Positions 12,066 to 22,558 of a stretch of DNA of 64,000 bases are shown here, piece by piece. Under the pieces are notes generated by a model. That model saw nothing but the letters and a program-made list of their open reading frames with translations, was not told the origin of the DNA and did not search any database. The position numbers and the translations under genes are program-made. The stretch's first letter is position 1, and every line of letters begins with the position of its first letter. Source of the DNA: Peptococcia bacterium (GTDB lineage: Bacteria; Bacillota; Peptococcia; Peptococcales; SKKY01); the NCBI GenBank assembly GCA_965228015.1, contig OZ245787.1, positions 1,736,698 to 1,800,697 of the forward strand. The letters are read 5' to 3'.

Positions 12066-12099
12066 TCATCTGTGTATTTTATGCACAGATGATTTTTTT
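12066..12099 (+). terminator. displaced native rpsI terminator
   Basis: Stem TCATCTGTG (12066-12074) pairs with CACAGATGA (12084-12092), followed by T7. It lies immediately after the right-hand target-site duplication of the ISL3 element. Confidence 0.7.
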
Positions 12100-12124
12100 G
12101 TACTAAAAGGGTAAGTATTCTCAG

Positions 12125-12919
12125 GTGATGAAAAATGATAAAAAAATAGGAATATTCCCTCATCCTCCTTTTGTAATTCCGGAAATAGGAAAGGATGAAA
12201 GCTTAAAGGTTAAAGAGACTTATAAATCTATGAAAAGTCTGGCAAGGGAGTTTATTAAAGATGGAATAAAGAAAATTCTGGTAATATCTCCTCATGGTCC
12301 TGCGTATTCAAGGATGCTTGCTGTAAATACTAATGAATACTTAGTTGGAAGTTTGAAAGATTTTAATTATACGAAAGAATTTTCATATAAGAATCTCTTA
12401 AATCTTAGCCAAGAATTTACAAAGAGAGGTTTTTACCCAATAAAAGCTAATTTAGACCATGGTGTATTAGTTCCTTTATACTTTTTTAATAAGTATAAGG
12501 CAAATATTGAAATATTAAGTATTAGTACAGGGTTTATGGATAAAAAAGATTTGGAGTCTATGGGTAAGATTATCGGAGATATCTTATTAAAAGAAAATAA
12601 ATATAAGGATGAAACTTTCGGCTTAATTGTATCTGCAGATTTAAGTTACAGGCTGAAGCCGGATTCTTATTATGGTTATTCAGAAGATGGCCCGGTTTTT
12701 GATAAAATGGTTTGTGAAGCAGTTGAAAATGGGAAAGTTGAAGAACTTATTAACATACCGATGAACATTGTGGAAAGGGCGGGTCAGTGTGGCTTTATTC
12801 CCTTTCTATTAGCGGCCTTTGCTGTTTCAGGTTTAAAAATAGACAGTGAGCTATTAAGTTATGAAAAGCCCTTTGGAGTAGGTTATATGGTGGGAAAAGG
12901 TGATGTTATTTATGAATAA
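12125..12919 (+). CDS. Memo/LigB-fold (class III extradiol dioxygenase-like) protein of an AmmeMemoRadiSam-type locus, apparently intact
   Basis: 264 aa containing PHPPFVIPE, ISPHGP, DHGVLVPL and QCGFIPF, which resemble Memo/LigB superfamily motifs. It is adjacent to the AMMECR1 and radical SAM partner genes. The exact subfamily was not verified. Confidence 0.55.
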   Translation: MMKNDKKIGIFPHPPFVIPEIGKDESLKVKETYKSMKSLAREFIKDGIKKILVISPHGPAYSRMLAVNTNEYLVGSLKDFNYTKEFSYKNLLNLSQEFTKRGFYPIKANLDHGVLVPLYFFNKYKANIEILSISTGFMDKKDLESMGKIIGDILLKENKYKDETFGLIVSADLSYRLKPDSYYGYSEDGPVFDKMVCEAVENGKVEELINIPMNIVERAGQCGFIPFLLAAFAVSGLKIDSELLSYEKPFGVGYMVGKGDVIYE

Positions 12920-13416
12920 TAATTATATTAAGATTGCCGAAAAGGCAATTTATGAATATCTGAAGACTGGAGAAAAGCTAAAGGCGGAAACTAATGATGA
13001 ATTAAAGGAAATTAAAAAGGAGTATTTGTTTCTTTAAAAAAATGGGTAGACTAAGAGGTTGTATTGGAACAATTCATGGGAGATATTCTGTTGAAGATGA
13101 AATTATTAATAATGCTATTGCAGCTGCCACGGAAGATTCAAGATTTTATCCAGCAAGTATAGAAGAACTTGATGATATTGAAATTTCGGTGGATATTCTT
13201 GAATCAGAGGAAACGGTTAGCAGTATTTCTGAGCTGGATCCGAAAATTTATGGGGTTATTGTTGAGCAAGGATATAAAAGAGGTTTGCTTCTTCCAAATC
13301 TTGTGGGAGTTGATTCTGCGGAGGACCAAATAAAAATTGCCAAGGAAAAAGCGGGAATTAAAGATGGGGAATATAAAATTAAGAAATTTAAGGTGACAAG
13401 ATATGAAAGAGGCTAA
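12912..13416 (+). pseudogene. AMMECR1-family protein (AmmeMemoRadiSam system protein A), two frameshifts
   Basis: Three segments in frames 0 -> 2 -> 1 reconstruct MNNNYIKIAEKAIYEYLKTGEKL...EIKK / GVFVSLKK / [12 protein letters not shown].... The shifts fall in the A5 run at 13014-13018 and the A7 run at 13036-13042. Confidence 0.8.
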
Positions 13417-14259
13417 CTATTATACTGAGAAGGAGAATATGGAAGTAAGTTGTAATCTGTGTCCGAGAAAGTGTAATATAAAGGATAATTACAGAGGGTA
13501 TTGCAGATCAAGATATAATATTAAAGGGATTTTATATACGGAGAATAACTTTTTATCTTCCATGGCTTTAGATCCAATTAAAAAGAAACCTTTGTTTCGT
13601 TTTTCACCAGGGGGAAAAATATTATCTGTAGGGGCAAGCGGATGTAATTTTTGTTGTGATTTTTGCCAGAACTGGCAAATTTCTCAATGTGAAAATAAAA
13701 ATGTAATTAAAGTTTCGCCAAGAGATCTTAGTAATAAGGCAGCTGAGCTTTTATCTTCTGGAAATATTGGAGTCGCTTATACCTATTCAGAACCGGTAAT
13801 AATGATTGAGTATGTTTTGGAAACAGCGATGCCAATTAAAGAAAAGGGAATGAAAAATATGTTTACATCAAACGGATATATTGAAGAAATACCTTTGTTT
13901 GATTTACTGAAATATATAGATGCTTTTAATATTGATGTTAAGGCATTCTCCGAGGAAAGTTATCTTAAAAACTTTTCTGCAGACTTTAAAGTAATTAAAA
14001 AAATCTAGAGCTTATTAAAGAGAAAAAGAAACATCTGGAAATTAGTTGTTTAATTGTTCCAGGTGTTAATGATAAAATAGATGAGGGAGAAAATTTTTTT
14101 CATTGGTTGTCTGAGATTGATGAGGAAATCCCGGTTCACATTAATCGTTATTTTCCCTGCTATAAATCTGAAACAGAGGCAACTAGCACAGAAGTATTAA
14201 TGGCAATGAAAGATGTTGCTGAAAAATATATGAAATTTGTTTATGTTGGAAATGTTTAA
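13403..14259 (+). pseudogene. AmmeMemoRadiSam system radical SAM enzyme (PflA-like), one frameshift
   Basis: CX3CX2C cluster motif in GCNFCCDFCQNW. The reading frame changes 2 -> 1 at the A7 run 13997-14003. The C-terminal piece is LELIKEKKKHLEISCLIVPGVNDK...HINRYFPCYK...YVGNV, with stop at 14257-14259. Confidence 0.8.
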
Positions 14260-14495
14260 TAATTAGGAGGAGATGCAAAATGATTCAGGAAGTGATATTT
14301 AAATTGAATAATGATGATTTTGGCTTGGAGATAATGAATGTAAATGAAATTATCAGAATGCAGGAGTTAACTGCAATGCCGAATACTTCAGCTTATATTC
14401 TTGGAGTTACTAATATCAGGGGTAAGGTTATTCCTGTTATTTCTATGAAAAAAATATTAGGGATGGAAGAATCATCGGATGATGACGCTTTGGTG

Positions 14496-15795
14496 TGACC
14501 CCCAAAAAGGGTACACTTCTGGGACAGTAAATTTCACCAAATTAATTAAATGAAAAAATCTGTTTATAGAAGCCTTGGAGGGACACCTCCAAGGCTTCTT
14601 TGCGTCCTGTCATTAATATAAAATTTAATGTAATCTTCAGTAATTTCTTTTATATCTTTAAAACTTTTGATTCTTTTCTTGTAGAGATTAATACTTTCTG
14701 TTTTGTAATGGCTAAAGAAACTTTCAATCTTCGCATTATCCCAGCAATTTCCTCTTCTGGACATACTTTAAACTGCTCCTAAAGACTTTAAATAGCTGGA
14801 ATATTCTTTGCTTGTGTATTGAACACCTTGATCACTATGGATAACAGTATTCTTAATACCTATCTTTTTTGAAAGTTTTTCAATAGTTTTTACAGTCAGC
14901 TTGCTGTCAGGATTCTTACTGTATTCCCAGCTTACTGGCTCATTGTTAAACAGATCTAGGGCAACACACAGATATAGCTTAGAGTTTCTGTAAGGAATAC
15001 AGGTAATATCTGTGGCTATTTTTTCTCCTGGGCGACTTGCCTTAAAATCCCTGTTTAATATATTGGCTTTGAATTGTTTATCATCTTGAATCCTATTCTT
15101 TTTTCTTCTGATTCTGGATCTGAGATTGTTTTCCTGCATTATTCTTTGAATCTTTTTATGATTAACAACTATTTTAAACGCATTTCTTAGCTCATTTCCT
15201 ATTCTTCTGTAACCAAAAATTCCTTTTGATTTGTTATATATTTGAATAATTATTTTCTCAATGGAATCTTCTTTTTTTATTGGTTTGTCTCTGAAATTGC
15301 AATAGGCTTTTCTTTTTACTCCAGCAATTTCGCAAAGAAATTTTACTGTATATTTAAATTCCAAAGCAAATATAGCTCTGTACTTTAGCTCCCTGACTTT
15401 TGTTTTTTTAGAAATAAAGGGCTGTAAATGCTCTAATTGTTCGTAGTATTCAATTTTAGCATAAAGATGTTCTATTTCTTTTTCGTATTCAATTTCTCTT
15501 TGTGTTTTCTCAGGAAAATCTATTTTATCTGATCTGATTTTTATCTTATCCGGATCTTTCTTAGCTTCTGTTGGAAGAAGTCCTTTTTCTTTTAATTGTT
15601 TTTCCCAATTAAGAACAAGATTTTTTGAAGATAAATTGTACTTTGCAGTAATCTTTCTTGCCCCAAGATCGCTTTCGTAATATTCCTTAATTACAGAGAG
15701 TTTAAATTCATCGGAATAGTTCTTTGTCATTAAAATCAGCCCCCAAAATTAGTATATCTTACTGTCCCGATTTTGTGTAATTTTTTGGGGGGTCA
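14496..15795 (-). mobile_element. IS3-family insertion sequence (1300 bp)
   Basis: The imperfect terminal inverted repeats are TGACCCCCAAAAAGGGTACAC...GGGACAGTAA (from 14496) and the reverse complement of the right end, TGACCCCCCAAAAAATTACAC...GGGACAGTAA (to 15795). The ends are TG...CA. I could not define a clean target-site duplication. Confidence 0.8.
14564..15730 (-). pseudogene. IS3-family transposase (fused OrfAB type) with an in-frame TAA
   Basis: The 320-aa and 66-aa ORFs are in the same frame, separated by TAA (14768-14770): ...YLKSLGAV*SMSRRGNCWDNAKIESFF. DDE-region motifs HSDQGVQYTS and NCWDNA are present. Confidence 0.8.
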
Positions 15796-16028
15796 GACCA
15801 GAACAAGAATTATTGTAGCTTCCCTAGGGGAAAAAACTTATGGTTTTAAGGTCGATTCCGTTTCGGAAATTATTAAAATCGAAGAGGAACAAATCGATAA
15901 ACAAGAAGGAATTGGAGAAGATGCAGAGAAGAACTACATCTTTGGTATTGCCAAATTAGATGAAAGACTGGTAAAATTGATAGACTTGGAAAAAATATTT
16001 CAATAAAGATTAGGTGGGAAACTAATAA

Positions 16029-17070
16029 ATGAGATCAATTGCCATCGAGGATATAAAAGATGGCCAGATTATAGCAAAGAATGTATATGATAAGGAAGGA
16101 GACTTTTACTTAAAGAAGGAACAGTTGTAAAAAAATTGTATGTAAAAAGGCTTGAGGATATGGGCCTTCCTTTTGTTTATGTAAAGGATGAACTTCTTGA
16201 AGATGAAATAGAGAAGGAAGATCTGGTAAGTGATAGTGTAAAAGTAAATTTTGTCAGAGTAGTAATGGATGTGCATGTCAGGCTTAAGGCTGGTAAGAAT
16301 ATCGATAGTAAAGAGATGTATCGTATAGTAAATAAGGTTCTTGAGGATGTAACCAGTAGTAAAAATCTTATGGTCTCCGGAGTGGATTGTTATAGTGAAA
16401 AAATAAAGTTTTTTGTTCATAGCTTAAATGTTTCTGTGATTTCGATTTTGATTGGAAAATATATTGGCTATAATGATTTTCAAATTAAAGATCTTGCTTT
16501 AGGAGCTATGCTTCATGATATTGGCAAAATAGAAGATAATGGCGAGGGACATACTGAACAGGGTTTTGAGATTCTTAAAAAGATTCCTGAGATAAAAACC
16601 CAGGTAGCTCATATTGCTTTCCAACATCATGAAAATTATGATGGAACTGGTTATCCGAGAAAAATTAGTGGAGATGAAATACAAGAGTATTCGAAAATTG
16701 TTGCTATTGCTAATTATTATGATAATTTATCTTTTGTGAACCCGGAAAAAGAAAGAATATATCCATACCAGGCTATAGAAAAAATTATGAGTTTAACCAG
16801 AACCATGTTTGATCCTAAGCTGGTGGATATTTTCACAAAACATATAGCTCCTTTTCCAGTAGAATCTTTTGTTAGATTAAGCAATCTTCGAATGCAGTTG
16901 TATTGAGAATTTCGGAAGGGCTTCCAAGCCGTCCTGAAGTTATGGAAATTGCGGATAGGTATGGTGCAAGACTTGCACAATTCAGAAGAGTTAATTTAAT
17001 GGAAGAAAGAACACTATTTATAAATGAAATATTACCTGAGAATAAGAGGGAACTAATAGACTTAGTATAA
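16029..17070 (+). pseudogene. HD-GYP domain c-di-GMP phosphodiesterase, two frameshifts
   Basis: Frames 0 -> 2 -> 1. The N-terminus MRSIAIEDIKDGQIIAKNVYDKEGD shifts at the T-run around 16104-16108. The core carries HDIGK and HHENYDGTGYP. A second shift lies near 16880. The tail is NAVVLRISEGLPSRPEVMEI...ELIDLV, with stop at 17068-17070. Confidence 0.8.
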
Positions 17071-17071
17071 A

Positions 17072-17096
17072 ACTTGACTTTTTGTCAGGTTTTTTT
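17072..17096 (+). terminator. intrinsic terminator after the HD-GYP gene
   Basis: ACTTGAC (17072-17078) pairs with GTCAGGT (17084-17090), with one G-U pair, followed by T7. Confidence 0.55.
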
Positions 17097-17105
17097 ACAA
17101 AATAA

Positions 17106-17134
17106 TTGTATATATATGCATTTTTATGTATAAT
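17106..17134 (+). promoter_or_regulatory. arg operon promoter with candidate ArgR operator in the spacer
   Basis: TTGTAT, a 17-nt spacer, then TATAAT. The spacer holds TGTA-N6-TGCA-N6-TGTA and shares the string ATATGCA-N7-GTATAAT with the argF promoter at 27257-27285. Confidence 0.5.
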
Positions 17135-17163
17135 AATAAAACAAACTTAAGGAGTGATATTTT

Positions 17164-18201
17164 ATGATTCAGGCAGGAATAATTGGAGTAACAGGATACA
17201 CTGGGGCGGAGTTAATAAGAATATTGTATTCTCATCCTGAAGTAAATATTCAAAAAGTTGCTTCCAGAAGCAATAAAGGATGTCAGATTTTTGAGAATCA
17301 CAGTCACCTTTTTAAAGTTATAGATATGGTTGATGGGGGTCTTGATAATCCTGAGAAGTTTGTTAAAGGTCTTGATGTTGTGTTTTTGGCTCTTCCTCAT
17401 GGGACAGCTTCTGAAATAGTTGCAAAAATAAAAGGAAAAGTGAAAATTATTGATTTGTCTGCAGATTTTCGTTTAAGAGATCTGAATATATATGAAAAAT
17501 GGTATGGAGTTAAGCATTCTTGCCCGGAGTTTTTCAAAGATGCCGTATATGGTCTTCCAGAAGTGTATAGAGAAGACATAAAAAATCGGATTTAGTTGCT
17601 AATCCGGGATGTTATCCTACTAGTATAATACTTGGTTTGTATACCTTGTTAAAAAATAATATGGTTGTAGAAGGAACGATAATTGCTGACAGTAAATCTG
17701 GGGTTTCAGGTGCCGGAAAAAAGCCGCGGATCATACTCATTATCCTGAAATAAATGAAAATTTTTATGCATATAATCTTGGCAAGCATCGTCATGCACCA
17801 GAGATTAAACAAGAGATTATTGCAGCTTCTGGGCTGGAAAATATGCAGGTAATTTTTACTCCTCATCTCTTGCCAATGACCAGGGGAATTCTTTCAATGA
17901 TATATGTAGGTTTAAATAATGATTTAAGCATTGAAGAAATATATAGTTTATATAATGAATATTATGAAAATGAGTTTTTTGTAAGAGTAAGAAAAGACAA
18001 GTTGCCTCAAACAAAATTAGTTTCAGCTTCAAATTTCTGCGATATTGGTTTATAAAACCTGGAGCGGGGAAAAAATTGATAATTGTATCGGCTATAGATA
18101 ATTTAATTAAAGGAGCATCGGGTCAGGGAGTTCAAAATATGAACCTGACATTTGGATTACCTGAAAAAACAGGTACAGACTTTTTACCAGTATATCCTTA
18201 G
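17164..18201 (+). pseudogene. argC: N-acetyl-gamma-glutamyl-phosphate reductase, three frameshifts
   Basis: Frames 1 -> 0 -> 2 -> 1. The segments are GVTGYTGAELIRIL..., [17 protein letters not shown]...[35 protein letters not shown]...TPHLLPMTRGIL, and [31 protein letters not shown]. The shifts fall near 17580-17588 (A6 run), 17727-17731 and 18050-18055. Confidence 0.85.
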
Positions 18202-18214
18202 GAGGAATAAAGTA

Positions 18215-19419
18215 ATGAAAAAAATAGATGGAGGAGTAACTGCTCCTCAAGGTTTTTTAGCTGCAGGAATAAATGTTGGAGTTAAACCAGGAAGTAAGAA
18301 AAAAGATCTTGCTGTAGTATATTCTGTGAAAAAAGGCATTGCATCTGCGGTGTACACAAAAAATAAGTTTAAGGCACCCCCTCTTTTATTACAAAGGAAA
18401 ATTTGATTAATAATGAGGCCCAAGCCATTATTGTTAATAGTGGATGTGCCAATGCCTGCACTGAGGAACAAGGCAAAACTGATGCCTTAAAAATGACGGA
18501 ATTAACCGCAGATGTTCTGGGGATTGATTCAAAAGATATTATTATTGCTTTCACAGGGATTATTGGAGTGTATCTTCCTATGGAAAAAATTGAAAAAGGG
18601 ATAAAAGAAGTAAAGAACCATCTTTCTAAAGATGGTGGTACTGATGCCAGTCTTGCAATTATAACAACTGATACGGTGAATAAAGAGTTTGCTTATGAAT
18701 TTGAAATGGGAGGAAAGAAGGTAAGGGTTGGAGGAATGGCCAAAGGTTCTGGAATGATTCACCCTAATATGGCTACTATGCTTGGATTTCTTACTACGGA
18801 TGCGGCGGTAAGCAAGGATGCTTTAAAGGATATTTTTAAAGATGTAATTAATGATACTTTTAATATGATTTCTGTTGATGGAGATACAAGTACTAATGAC
18901 ATGGTTTGCATTTTAGCTAATGGTGAAGCCGGGAATCCGGTTATTGAGAAAGATACTGATGATTATTTTAAATTTAAAGAAGTCGTTCGCAGAATTTGCG
19001 AAGAAATGTCTATTTCTATTGTTAATGATGGGGAAGGGGCAACAAAACTTCTTATGATCAAGGTATTAAATGCTCTTAGCAAAGATGATGCTAGAAAAGC
19101 TGCAAGAAGTATATCTACCTCAAGCCTGGTAAAGACAGCATTTTTTGGCGAGGATGCCAACTGGGGCAGAATTATAATCGCCCTTGGATATTCAGGTGCT
19201 GAAATAGATCCTTCAAAGTGTGATATTTTTCTTGGCAATATGATAATGGCAAAACAGGGAAAAGCTATGGTTATAAACGAGGAAGAAGCTTTGGAAATTT
19301 TAAAAAAGAGAGAAATAGAAATAGTGTGCAATTTAAATATAGGTTCTGAGAATGCTGTTGCCTGGACTTGTGATCTTTCTTGTGAATATATAAAAATAAA
19401 TGCGGAATATCATAATTAG
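18215..19419 (+). pseudogene. argJ: bifunctional ornithine acetyltransferase/N-acetylglutamate synthase, one frameshift
   Basis: [24 protein letters not shown]... is in frame 2 up to about 18385, then frame 1 continues ...[24 protein letters not shown]...MIHPNMATMLGFLTTD (self-processing site region). Confidence 0.85.
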
Positions 19420-19429
19420 GAGTATTGAA

Positions 19430-20316
19430 ATGAATATGAGTAAGCTTACACCTGGAGATAAGGCTAAAATATTAATTGAAGCTCTTCCATATATAAAAAA
19501 GTTTTCTGGAAAAACCTTTGTAATTAAATATGGCGGGAATGCTATGGTTGACGATGAGCTTAAGCAACAGGTCATTAATGATATTATTTTAATGAAGTAT
19601 GTTGGAATTAATCCTGTAATTGTTCATGGTGGTGGTCCGGACATAAATGAATGGCTTGCTAAAACTGGTTCTGAAAGTAAATTTATTTAGGGTTTGAGAG
19701 TTACTGATGAAAAGGTCATGGAAGTGGTTCAGATAGTCTTAATTGGAAAGGTTAACAAGGAAGTTGTTGCTCTTTTTGAAAATAATGGAATAAAGGCTCT
19801 TAGATTTAGTGGTATTGATGGGCAGACACTTCTTGCTAAAAAGAAAATGGCGGAGATTGATGGAAATTTTTATGATTTAGGCTTTGCTGGTGAAGTAGAA
19901 AGGTTAATCCTGCACTAATTGACAAGGCTATTAATGATAAATATATTCCGGCAATTGCACCTGTGGGTGTTGATGAAGAAGGGCAGTCTTATAATATTAA
20001 TGCTGATTATGCTGCTGGAAGTGTTGCTGCCAGTCTTAATGCGGAAAAATTGTTTTTGCTCACTGATATTGACGGTGTTTTAGATAAAGAAGGAAAATTG
20101 ATTTCCAGGATTAATCAGACTTCTGCAAAAAGGATGATTGCTGATGGTACAATCTCTGGAGGTATGATTCCTAAAATTGAATGTTGTATGGAAGCAATAG
20201 AAAACGGAGTGTCTTCTGCCCATATTGTTAATGGTACTTTGCTGCACGCTTTATTGCTTGAAATCTTCACAGATAAGGGTGTTGGAACTATGTTTGTCGA
20301 GGGGGATGATCTTTAA
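19430..20316 (+). pseudogene. argB: acetylglutamate kinase, one in-frame TAG and one frameshift
   Basis: There is an in-frame TAG at 19688-19690 (...SKFI*GLRVTDEK). A frameshift near 19895-19900 (A-run) separates GEVE from KVNPALIDKAINDKYIPAIAPVGVDEEG. The GGNAM and HGGGP motifs are present. Confidence 0.85.
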
Positions 20317-21497
20317 TGAAAATGGAAGATAAAATTGCCAAAGGTAAAAAGTATATAATGAATACTTATGGACGTCTCCCGGTTGTTTTGGAAAAAGGTG
20401 AAGGTTCCTGGGTTTTTGATATGGATGGAAATAAGTATTTAGATTTTGTAGCTGGTATTGCTGTCAATTCTTTGGGGTATAACAGCCAGGTTATAAATAA
20501 GGCTTTAAAGGAACAGAGTGAGAAGCTTATTCATTGTTCTAATCTATATTGGATTGAGCCGCAAATTGATTTGGCAGAGGTTTTGTGTAGTGTGGCGGAT
20601 ATGGATAAGGCTTTCTTTTACAATAGTGGTGCGGAAGCTAATGAAGCTGCTATAAAACTTGCTCGTAAATGGGGCAGTGAAAGATATGAAATTATTTCTG
20701 CCATTCAGTCCTTTCATGGAAGAACAATGGGTGCTTTGGCTGCTACTGGCCAGGAAAAATATCACAAGTCATTTATTCCGGTTCTTACAGGATTTAAATA
20801 TGCTGTCTTTAATGACCTTAAGTCTGTAGAGGATCAAATAACTGAAAAAACTTGCGCAATAATGCTTGAACCTATTCAAGGTGAGGGTGGCATTAACGAA
20901 CCTTCTGAAGAATTTTTTAAAGGGGTCAAGGAATTGTGCCAAAAACATAGCCTTCTCCTTATAATTGATGAGGTCCAAACCGGAATTGGCCGTACTGGAA
21001 GAGCTTTTGGTTTTCAAAATTATAATTTTCAACCAGACATTATAGCTTTGGCGAAAGGTCTCGGGGGTGGGGTGCCAATTGGCGCAATGCTTGCAAAAGA
21101 TGAGGTAGCTGAAATTTTTCAGCCTGGAGATCATGCTTCTACTTTTGGTGGAAATCCTCTTGTAACAAACGTTGCATTAAATGTTTGTAAAGTTGTTTTT
21201 CATGAAGATTTCCTTAAGGAAGTTCAGGAAAAAGGCAAATACATGTCTGATAAGCTTAAAGATCTAAAAGAAAGATTTTCATTTCCCGGAAAGGTTAAGG
21301 GAAAGGGATTAATGATTGGAATGGATTATCCCGTTGACGCAGGAGAAATAGTTAATAAAATGCTTGAAAAAAATATTCTGATTAATGCCATAGGAGGGAA
21401 GACTCTTAGATTTGTACCTCCCTTAAACGTAAAGTATGATGAAATAGATATAGTTATAAGGGCTTTAGAGGAAGTTTTTGAGGAGGTGAGTGCTTAG
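20316..21497 (+). CDS. argD: acetylornithine aminotransferase (class III PLP aminotransferase), intact
   Basis: 393-aa uninterrupted ORF containing ...LIIDEVQTGIGRTGRAFGFQ... and ...STFGGNPL.... It lies between argB and carA. Confidence 0.85.
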   Translation: MKMEDKIAKGKKYIMNTYGRLPVVLEKGEGSWVFDMDGNKYLDFVAGIAVNSLGYNSQVINKALKEQSEKLIHCSNLYWIEPQIDLAEVLCSVADMDKAFFYNSGAEANEAAIKLARKWGSERYEIISAIQSFHGRTMGALAATGQEKYHKSFIPVLTGFKYAVFNDLKSVEDQITEKTCAIMLEPIQGEGGINEPSEEFFKGVKELCQKHSLLLIIDEVQTGIGRTGRAFGFQNYNFQPDIIALAKGLGGGVPIGAMLAKDEVAEIFQPGDHASTFGGNPLVTNVALNVCKVVFHEDFLKEVQEKGKYMSDKLKDLKERFSFPGKVKGKGLMIGMDYPVDAGEIVNKMLEKNILINAIGGKTLRFVPPLNVKYDEIDIVIRALEEVFEEVSA

Positions 21498-22558
21498 TGT
21501 CCGGTGTATTAATTTTAGAAGATGGAACTTGTTTTCCTGGGAAAGTATTTGGATACATGGGAAAAAATCAAGGTGAGGTAGTTTTTAATACAGGAATGAC
21601 GGGTTATCAGGAGGTACTTACAGATCCATCTTATTTTGGACAGATTGTAATTATGACCTATCCTCTTATTGGTAATTACGGAATAAATATAGACGATAAA
21701 GAGTCCCTTAAGTCTCATGTAAGAGGCTTTGTAGTGAGAGAAAAAAGTATGTTTTATGAAAATTACAGGGCAAGTGAAAGTCTAGAAGAATTTTTGGCTT
21801 CGCATAAAATCGTAGGTCTTGAGGGAGTGGACACTAGGGCTTTAACAAGACATTTGCGTAATAAAGGTACGATGAGAGGTATTATAACCACAGCTTATGA
21901 TATGGGGAAAACAGATTTTGAAGAAGTTCCAAGAAATCAGGTTCAGCAGGTTACCACGGACAAGATTTAAAATATCCAAATCCCGGTGGTAAAAAACTTG
22001 CGGTTCTAGATTTAGGCCTAAAACATAGTATTTTGAAAGGTCTGTTGTCGAAAAATTTTGCCGTTGATGTTTATCCTTCCTGGACAACTATTGATGAGCT
22101 GGAAAAAGCTAACCCGGATGGAATTTTTCTTTCAAATGGACCTGGAGATCCCAAAGATGCAAAAAATGCAATTGAGATTGTAAAGCATTTCCTTGGTAAA
22201 AAACCAATTTGCGGAATTTGTCTTGGACATCAAATTATTGCTTTAGCTTTAGGGGCAGATTACCTACAAAATGAAGTTCGGGCATCGGGGACTTAATCAG
22301 CCGGTTAAAGATTTAAGAAGTGACAGGGTTTATATAACCAGTCAGAATCACGGATATGCGGTTAAGGAAGAATCACTGGGACCTGACTTATACGTATCTC
22401 ATAGAAATCTTAACGATAACACTGTAGAGGGAGTAAGTTGCAAGAATCTTCCTGTATTATCTGTTCAGTATCATCCGGAGGCGACTCCTGGTCCTGCAGA
22501 TTCCATGTATTTGTTTGATGATTTTTATAAGCTTATAGAAGGAGTAGAACATGCCTAA
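21497..22558 (+). pseudogene. carA: carbamoyl-phosphate synthase small (glutaminase) subunit, two frameshifts
   Basis: Frames 2 -> 1 -> 2. The shifts lie near 21966 (...VTTDKI / YKYPNPGGKKLAVLDLGLKHSIL) and near 22262 (...LGAD / [14 protein letters not shown]). The active-site region is GICLGHQ. Confidence 0.85.

Larger units (their letters stand above)
14280..16006 (+). pseudogene. cheW: chemotaxis coupling protein CheW, split by an IS3-family element
   Basis: The N-terminal 72 codons are MIQEVIFKLNNDDFGLEIMNVNEIIRMQELTAMPNTSAYILGVTNIRGKVIPVI..., ending at 14495. The C-terminal part is ...TRTRIIVASLGEKTYGFKVDSVSEIIKIEE..., spanning 15797-16006. The two parts are separated by 1.3 kb of IS. 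Confidence 0.85.

Noticed and set aside
11932-12069. N-terminal 46-codon extension of the ISL3 transposase ORF in the track
   Set aside because: The extension crosses the right inverted repeat and target-site duplication into host DNA. An internal ATG at 11931 has a perfect AGGAGG sequence upstream and gives the usual ISL3 N-terminus.
14493-15798. Target-site duplication for the IS3 element in cheW
   Set aside because: The flanks are GTG on the left and GAC on the right, so no clean 3-4 bp repeat is present. Joining the flanks restores the CheW frame only if one G is shared. I left the duplication undefined rather than forcing one.
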